A DNA stretch of 64,000 bases from an uncultured Gammaproteobacteria bacterium (GTDB lineage Bacteria; Patescibacteriota; Microgenomatia; UBA8517), in contig CAZRJH010000003.1 of the NCBI GenBank assembly GCA_964600575.1, forward strand, positions 81,640 to 145,639. Direction: 5' to 3'. Both the position numbers and the translations under genes were made by a program. The notes below the pieces were generated by a model. The model was given only the letters and a program-made list of their open reading frames with translations. It was not told where the DNA came from and did not search any database. Positions 58,148-64,000 of the stretch are shown here, one piece after another (the first letter of the stretch is position 1; the number at the start of each line of letters is the position of its first letter).

Positions 58148-59343
58148 AAATTTTAATGCTTACTCCTTACTTACCGTTCCCTGATTCCTCGGGCGGTCAG
58201 ATCCGTTCGTATAATTTAATTAAATATTTAAGTAAAAAACACGACATCACACTTTTTTCTCTTATCAAAGACGATTCGGAAAAACGGTTTGTTTCGGAAC
58301 TTGAGAAATATTGTAAAAAGGTAAAAGTTTTTAAAAGATCCAAATCTCCTTGGACTCTTCGTAACATCCTTTTAACCGGATTTGGGCCTTACCCGTTTCT
58401 TGTTATAAGAAATCTCTCACCCAGAGAAAGATTTGCCGTTATTAAAGAAATAGAAGACGAAAAGTACGATCTTATTCACGCCGAGACTTTTTATGTAATG
58501 CCTCATATTCCTAAAACAAAAATACCCATACTTTTAGTGGAACAGACAATCGAGTATTTAGTTTACAAGCATTATGTGGAAGGTTTAAAAAATATCTTTC
58601 TGAGACTTTTGCTTTCGATAGATGTTGCAAAACTTCGTTTCTGGGAAACTTCATTTTGGAAAAAAGCCGACGGAGTTGTTGCCGTTTCCGAAGCAGACAA
58701 AAACGAAATGCTTAAACTGGCACCCGATTTGGACGTAGGTCTGGTTCCCAATGGCGTAAACTTGGATTTTTTCCAGGTTAAAGGCAGTTGGACTGCAAAA
58801 AATCCAAAAATACTGTTCGTCGCAAATTTTAAGTGGCTACAAAATGTAGAGGCTGCGGAGCTACTTTTGGATCATGTTTTCCCTGCTGTCAAAAAGAAAA
58901 ATCCCAGCGTTAAAGTTTGGGTAGTCGGGCAATACATTCCCGAGCATATTTTAAAAAGGAAAAGTAAGGATATCATCGTAGATAATCTTAAAGAAGATGA
59001 CCAGGAGGGTATTAGAAAAGCATACTACGAAGCTTCAGCTTTTGTGTCACCTCTAAAAGGTCCGGGAGGTACGCGTTTAAAGCATTTTGCTGCAATGGCG
59101 GCAAAGCTACCCTTGATAACGACTTCCGTGGGGGCTGAGGGTTTAGGAGCAACTCATTCCCACAACATTATTATTCAGGATGAACCGATGTCTTTGGCAG
59201 AAGCAACCTTGGAAATAATTGGAGACTCAAAAAAAGCAAAAATAATTGCAGATAATGCAAGAAAGCTGGTTGAAGAAAAATATAGTTGGTATAAAATGAG
59301 CGAGTACCTCGACTCAATATACGTTGAAAACGCAAAAAAATGA
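58144..59343 (+). CDS. GT4 glycosyltransferase
   Basis: PFPDSSGGQIR, VPNGV, W-x2-N, GGTRLK...AMA, VGAEG. Confidence 0.88.
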   Translation: MKILMLTPYLPFPDSSGGQIRSYNLIKYLSKKHDITLFSLIKDDSEKRFVSELEKYCKKVKVFKRSKSPWTLRNILLTGFGPYPFLVIRNLSPRERFAVIKEIEDEKYDLIHAETFYVMPHIPKTKIPILLVEQTIEYLVYKHYVEGLKNIFLRLLLSIDVAKLRFWETSFWKKADGVVAVSEADKNEMLKLAPDLDVGLVPNGVNLDFFQVKGSWTAKNPKILFVANFKWLQNVEAAELLLDHVFPAVKKKNPSVKVWVVGQYIPEHILKRKSKDIIVDNLKEDDQEGIRKAYYEASAFVSPLKGPGGTRLKHFAAMAAKLPLITTSVGAEGLGATHSHNIIIQDEPMSLAEATLEIIGDSKKAKIIADNARKLVEEKYSWYKMSEYLDSIYVENAKK

Positions 59344-60221
59344 AAAGACCCGAACTGTCGGTAATAATTCTTAATTACAACACAAAAGAACTCTTGGAGG
59401 ATTGTTTGAATTCAATCAAAAGAATCATAAAAGAGGTTAAAATGGAAATAATTGTTTCGGACAATAGTTCGACCGACGGAAGTCCGGATATGGTTAGAAA
59501 AAAGTTCCCGTGGGTTAAACTTATAGAGGGTCCAAACGAAGGTTTTTCCAGAGGAAACAACAGAGCAAGACCGCTGGCTAGGGGAGATATGATATTGTTC
59601 TTGAATCCCGACACGGTTGTGCATCCGGGCGTATTTTCTAAGAATGTAGCTTACTTAAAAAAACACTCTGAAGTTGGAGCCCTCACTTGCAAATTGGTTT
59701 TGCCGGACGGTTCAATGGATAAAGATGTAAGAAGAAGATTTCCTACCCCGAGAGTTTCCTTTAATAGATTAATTTTGGGTAAAACCAGAGAGTATTATTA
59801 CGAAGACATACCGAACACAAAAACCCACGAGGTGGATGCCATACAGGGCGCTTTTTTCCTGTCGTGGAAGAGAATTTTGGATAAAGTGGGATGGTTCGAC
59901 CCGGAATACTTTTTCGACGGCGAAGATGTGGATTTGTGTTATCAAATACACAAAGAAGGTTATAAACTAGTCTATTATCCGGAAACCTACATTACACATT
60001 TAAAAGGAGTAACAAAAGGTAAAGTAAAAAAATGGAAATTTAAAACCACTCCCGAACACAGAAAAAAACTTAGACTTGCAGGGGTTGCCTCAATGGAAAG
60101 ATTTTTTAGAAAGAACCTTTGGGATAGATACCCGATCTGGTTCGACTATTTTGTCCTTTTTGGAATAAATGTTTTCAAAGTAATCCGTTATGTTAAAGTC
60201 GCACTTCTTTCTTCTTACTAA
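59340..60221 (+). CDS. GT2 glycosyltransferase (WbbL-like)
   Basis: SVIILNYN, DNSSTD, NEGFSRGNN, LNPD, FFDGEDVDLC. Confidence 0.9.
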   Translation: MKRPELSVIILNYNTKELLEDCLNSIKRIIKEVKMEIIVSDNSSTDGSPDMVRKKFPWVKLIEGPNEGFSRGNNRARPLARGDMILFLNPDTVVHPGVFSKNVAYLKKHSEVGALTCKLVLPDGSMDKDVRRRFPTPRVSFNRLILGKTREYYYEDIPNTKTHEVDAIQGAFFLSWKRILDKVGWFDPEYFFDGEDVDLCYQIHKEGYKLVYYPETYITHLKGVTKGKVKKWKFKTTPEHRKKLRLAGVASMERFFRKNLWDRYPIWFDYFVLFGINVFKVIRYVKVALLSSY

Positions 60222-61375
60222 TGAAAATACTAATTGACGGACGTTTATACGGCTTGGAAAATGCCGGTTTAGGAAGATATATCATGAGTTTGGTAACCGA
60301 ACTTTCAAAGATTGACAACAAAAACCGCTACATCCTTTTATTAACAAAAAAATATGCGTCAAAAGTAGTTCTTCCCGAAAACTGGAAGATTGTAACCGCC
60401 AACTTTAGACACTACAGTTTCTTTGAACAATTTTTTTTACCCAAGATTATCAAAGAAGAAAAACCGGATATTACACATTTCCCGCATTTTAATGTTCCTA
60501 TTTTTTTTAAAGGTAATTTCGTGGTAACGGTCCACGATCTTTTGATGCACAAGCAAACGGGACTGGCGGCAACCACCTTAATTCCACCTATGTATTTTCT
60601 TAAAAGAACCGCTTACAAATCCGTTTTTAGATACGCGGTTATGCGGTCAAAAAGGATAATAGTTCCCAGTATAGCTGTACAAGAAGAAGTTCAAAAATAT
60701 TACGGAATCGATGATAAAAAAATTGATGTTGTTTATGAAGGTTTCGAAGAAAAAAATATTGAAAAAAAGATTGTTTTTGATCCCAAAAAATACGGTTTAG
60801 GAAGCTTATACATTTCTTATGTCGGAAACGCATACCCTCATAAAAATCTAAAGAGATTAATAGAAGCAGTTGTTTTGTACAATGAAAATTCGGGTAGAAA
60901 TCTAACATTGGCACTAGCTTCGGCAAGAAACCAATTTACCAAACGGTTAGAAAAGACCATTGTCGAGTTGGGTGCACAGAAATATGTAAAAATGGTGGGT
61001 TTTGTGCCCGACGAACAGCTTCCTGACTTTTTAAGAAAATCTGTCGGTCTTTTTACCCCGTCTTTGTCGGAGGGTTTTGGACTTCCAGGCCTCGAGGCGA
61101 TGAGTTTTGGAACTTTTGTTGCGGCGTCGGAAATACCCGTCTACAAAGAGATTTACAAAGATAACGCACTCTATTTTAACCCGTTCGATTTTACATCAAT
61201 CGAGAATGCCATATCGCGTGTTGTAAATATGAACCAAAAAGATAAAATAGACCGAATCAAAAAATCGGAAGAATTTATAAAAAGATATTCGTGGAAAAAA
61301 GCTGCCCAGGAAACACTTTTAGTTTATGAAAAAGCGTACGGCAACAGTTTACCGCAAAGTAGAAACCAAACTTAA
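60221..61375 (+). CDS. GT4 glycosyltransferase (MtfB/WbpY-like)
   Basis: ILIDGR, GLGRY, TVHDL, PHKN, PSLSEGFGLPGLEAM. Confidence 0.9.
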   Translation: MKILIDGRLYGLENAGLGRYIMSLVTELSKIDNKNRYILLLTKKYASKVVLPENWKIVTANFRHYSFFEQFFLPKIIKEEKPDITHFPHFNVPIFFKGNFVVTVHDLLMHKQTGLAATTLIPPMYFLKRTAYKSVFRYAVMRSKRIIVPSIAVQEEVQKYYGIDDKKIDVVYEGFEEKNIEKKIVFDPKKYGLGSLYISYVGNAYPHKNLKRLIEAVVLYNENSGRNLTLALASARNQFTKRLEKTIVELGAQKYVKMVGFVPDEQLPDFLRKSVGLFTPSLSEGFGLPGLEAMSFGTFVAASEIPVYKEIYKDNALYFNPFDFTSIENAISRVVNMNQKDKIDRIKKSEEFIKRYSWKKAAQETLLVYEKAYGNSLPQSRNQT

Positions 61376-62447
61376 TAAGCTTAAAATTGCTTTGGTTTAC
61401 GATAGGGTAAATAAATGGGGAGGTGCCGAACGTGTCCTTTTGGCTCTCCACCAAATCTTTCCTGAAGCTCCGCTTTTTACTTCGGTTTACGATAAAAATA
61501 AAGCAAAATGGGCCGGGGTGTTTCCTAAAATATACACAAGTTTTTTGCAAAACATACCGTTTGCAAAAGGTAACCACGAGTTTTTGGCCCCCCTAATGGC
61601 TCTTGCTTTTGAGTCGTTCGATTTTTCCAGCTACGATTTGGTTATAAGTGTTACAAGTGAGTTCTCCAAATCCATAAGGACGGGGGTAAACACAAAACAT
61701 ATCTGCTATTGTTTAACCCCGACGAGATATTTATGGAGCGGTTACAATACATATTTCAAAAGCAAATCCTTTTTGAGTTTATTTGGAAGGATTTTGGTCC
61801 CTTATCTTAGAAGACTAGACAAAACTCTCGCCCAAAGGCCGGATAAAATAATTGCTATTTCTTCGGAGGTTTCCAAAAGAATCAAAAAATATTACGGAAG
61901 AAATGCAAAGATAGTTTTTCCACCTGTTAACATTCCAAAATACAAAACCGGGTCCCACAAAAGAAAACATTTTTTAGTTGTTAGTAGATTGGTAAGTTAC
62001 AAAAGAGTTGATTTGGCTATCAAAGTTTTTAACAAGATAAAACATAGACTTCTGATTGTTGGAACGGGTAGAGAATATAGTAATCTTAAAAAAATATCCA
62101 AAAGTAATATTAAGTTTTTGGGCAATGTTAGCGAAAACAGATTACGAAAAATTTATTCCGAATCTCTGGGTTTTATAATGCCGCAGGAAGAGGATTTTGG
62201 AATTGCGGCAATAGAAGCCCAGTCCTTTGGGGTACCCGTTTTAGCTTTTGATAAAGGCGGTTCGAAAGATACAGTTTTGCACAAAAAGACCGGGATATTA
62301 TTTTCCCGTCAAAATATAGATTCTTTACATAAGGCAATAAAAATTTTTGAAAAAACAAATTTCAACAAAAAGTATATTAAAAGTCATGCCGCAGGTTTTT
62401 CTACAATAAAATTCCAAAAAGCGTTTACTAAGGTAGCTTTTGAATAG
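61326..62447 (+). CDS. GT4 glycosyltransferase (WbaZ-like mannosyltransferase family)
   Basis: GGAERVL, YCLTPTRYLW, SRLVSYKR, EEDFGIAAIEAQ. Confidence 0.88.
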   Translation: MKKRTATVYRKVETKLNKLKIALVYDRVNKWGGAERVLLALHQIFPEAPLFTSVYDKNKAKWAGVFPKIYTSFLQNIPFAKGNHEFLAPLMALAFESFDFSSYDLVISVTSEFSKSIRTGVNTKHICYCLTPTRYLWSGYNTYFKSKSFLSLFGRILVPYLRRLDKTLAQRPDKIIAISSEVSKRIKKYYGRNAKIVFPPVNIPKYKTGSHKRKHFLVVSRLVSYKRVDLAIKVFNKIKHRLLIVGTGREYSNLKKISKSNIKFLGNVSENRLRKIYSESLGFIMPQEEDFGIAAIEAQSFGVPVLAFDKGGSKDTVLHKKTGILFSRQNIDSLHKAIKIFEKTNFNKKYIKSHAAGFSTIKFQKAFTKVAFE

Positions 62448-62460
62448 CCTTCTTTGTTGT

Positions 62461-62488
62461 TTGTCATTTTTTAAACAGGTGTTAAAAT
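62461..62488 (+). promoter_or_regulatory. Putative sigma70 promoter (TTGTCA, 16-nt spacer, extended -10 TAAAAT), leaderless-type
   Basis: TTGTCA at 62461-62466; TGTTAAAAT at 62480-62488; 6 nt to ATG 62495. Confidence 0.6.
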
Positions 62489-62494
62489 AAACCC

Positions 62495-63613
62495 ATGGAT
62501 GAAAACGGATTCCAAAAACATCTTTACGCTCTTGTCTTAGCAGGAGGCGGAGGAACCAGATTGTGGCCAAAAAGTCGCAACGACACCCCAAAACAATTTC
62601 TAAAACTTTTTAAGGATCAGACTCTTACACAAATTACAATCCAGAGACTCAGGAAAATTATCCCTTTGGAAAAAATATTTATAGTTACCGTCTCCGAGGC
62701 ATACAGGGACGAAATTAAAGCAGAGATACCTGACTTTATAGACGAAAACATAATAGTAGAACCGGTGAGAAGAGAAACAGGGCCTGCTTATGCCCTAGGT
62801 GCACTTCATATTCACGAAAAAGACAACGACGCAGTCATTATTACGGAAGCGGCAGATAGGTTGGTTAGACCTATTCCACTTTACCTAGATACTTTGACAA
62901 CAGCGGCAAAAGTAGCATACGAACAAAAAGTTATGATTGCTATGGGAATCGAACCGCGCTATCCCCACCCCGGCTTGGGGCATATTAAAAAGGGCAAAAA
63001 GAAAGACACAATAAACGGTTTAGACTTTTATGAACTTGCAGACTTTGTAGAAAAACCTCCCATAGAAGTTGCCAAAGAATATACGGAGTCGGGTCAATAT
63101 TTGTGGAACGCCGGGCAATATGTTTGGAGGGCAGATACACTTCTTAATTCCTATAAGGTTAACGCTTCGGAAATTTATGACATTTTGGAAAACATACGAC
63201 CCCATGTTTTCCATCAGGACGAACGGGTTTTACTTAAAGCACAATATGAAAAGATGCCTTCGATTGCTGTTGATTATGCAATTTCCGAGAAAGATAAGAA
63301 TTTTCTGGCCGCAGCAGCAGATTTCTATTGGACAGATATCGGCGATTGGAAAGAAGTTTGGGGAAATTTGCCTAAGGATTCAGGTGGGAATGTCATAATT
63401 TCGGGTAGTGGTGGCAATACCGAGGTAATAAATGTTGATACAACAGACTCGCTTATCCATACGGACGGTAGGCTTATAGCAATTGTTGATGTGGACAATA
63501 TTGTGGTTGTAGACACAAATGACGCGCTTCTTATCACCACAAAAAGCCGTGCTCAGAGCGTAAAGAAAGTTGTGGAAAGACTTAAAGAAGAAGGTAAGGA
63601 TGAATTGCTCTGA
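62495..63613 (+). CDS. manC: Mannose-1-phosphate guanylyltransferase (no PMI domain)
   Basis: LAGGGGTRLWPKSR-x2-PKQF, FVEKP, WNAG, SIAVDYAISEK, WTDIGDW, DALLI...AQSVK. Confidence 0.9.
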   Translation: MDENGFQKHLYALVLAGGGGTRLWPKSRNDTPKQFLKLFKDQTLTQITIQRLRKIIPLEKIFIVTVSEAYRDEIKAEIPDFIDENIIVEPVRRETGPAYALGALHIHEKDNDAVIITEAADRLVRPIPLYLDTLTTAAKVAYEQKVMIAMGIEPRYPHPGLGHIKKGKKKDTINGLDFYELADFVEKPPIEVAKEYTESGQYLWNAGQYVWRADTLLNSYKVNASEIYDILENIRPHVFHQDERVLLKAQYEKMPSIAVDYAISEKDKNFLAAAADFYWTDIGDWKEVWGNLPKDSGGNVIISGSGGNTEVINVDTTDSLIHTDGRLIAIVDVDNIVVVDTNDALLITTKSRAQSVKKVVERLKEEGKDELL

Positions 63614-63632
63614 TGTCTAATTTTTAAGAGTT

Positions 63633-64000
63633 ATGTACTATGATGCAATAAAAAGAATCGTCGATATTTGTATGTCGGTAGTTCTTATAATATTGTTCGC
63701 TCCGATAATGCTGGTTACTGCACTTGTTATAAAATTTACTTCTCCCGGACCAGTGCTTGTAGAAAGAGGAAACAAAACAGCCCAAAGAGTAGGTAAAGAC
63801 GGTAGGATTTTTTATCATTACAAATTTAGATCGATGATAGTTGATGCTTACCGACTTCTTAAAACAGACCCTAAATTTAAAAAGCTTTATCGGGAGTACA
63901 AGGAGTCCAGTTTTAAACTTCATAAAGACCCGAGAGTCACAAAGTTTGGAAAATTTATTCGTAAATATTCAATCGATGAAATGCCTCAGCTTTTTAATGT
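63633..64000 (+). CDS. Monotopic phosphoglycosyltransferase (bacterial sugar transferase, PglC/WbaP-like); 3' end lies outside the window
   Basis: Manual translation: MYYDAIKRIVDI...FAPIML...SPGP...RVGKDG...KFRSM...DPRVTKFGKFIRKYSIDEMPQLFN. Absent from the ORF track because it has no stop in the window. Confidence 0.92.
   Translation, partial: MYYDAIKRIVDICMSVVLIILFAPIMLVTALVIKFTSPGPVLVERGNKTAQRVGKDGRIFYHYKFRSMIVDAYRLLKTDPKFKKLYREYKESSFKLHKDPRVTKFGKFIRKYSIDEMPQLFN

Noticed and set aside
664-63540. Dozens of short (60-121 aa) antisense or alternate-frame ORFs in the track, e.g. 2444-2809 (-), 5927-6286 (+), 54251-54601 (-), 63069-63398 (+)
   Set aside because: They lie within or across well-supported CDSs and have no recognisable motifs, as expected of shadow ORFs.
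63624-63923. 99-aa minus-strand ORF
   Set aside because: It is antisense to the clear sugar-transferase frame starting at 63633.
1-64000. CRISPR arrays, IS/integrase/invertase genes, tRNA/rRNA, alternative genetic code
   Set aside because: No repeats or such ORFs were seen. The gaps are under 100 nt with no tRNA-like sequence, and TGA clearly acts as a stop codon.

Overview
The entire 64 kb window is one densely packed, AT-rich surface-glycan biosynthesis locus that runs off both ends, with about 58 CDS. It encodes about 15 GT2 and about 11 GT4 cytoplasmic glycosyltransferases (one GT4-GT2 fusion is counted in both). It also encodes about 16 multi-pass GT-C-fold (ArnT/PMT/PIG-V/YfhO-like) membrane glycosyltransferases, including seven close paralogs at 4.8-19.1 kb. 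Other genes are a DPM-synthase-like GT2 plus DUF2304-like pair, five SAM methyltransferases, an O-acetyltransferase, a Wzx-like flippase, an O-antigen-ligase/Wzy-like protein, nucleotide-sugar enzymes (fcl, wecB, manC) and a terminal monotopic phosphoglycosyltransferase that the ORF track missed. Gene content and style suggest a Patescibacteria/CPR (Microgenomates-like) genome; this is inference. Six genes that follow a gap have a -10-like hexamer 6-7 nt before the start codon (apparently leaderless), and most internal genes are coupled by ATGA overlaps. I saw no rRNA, tRNA, CRISPR array or mobile element. All family calls come from motifs recognised by eye, not from database searches.
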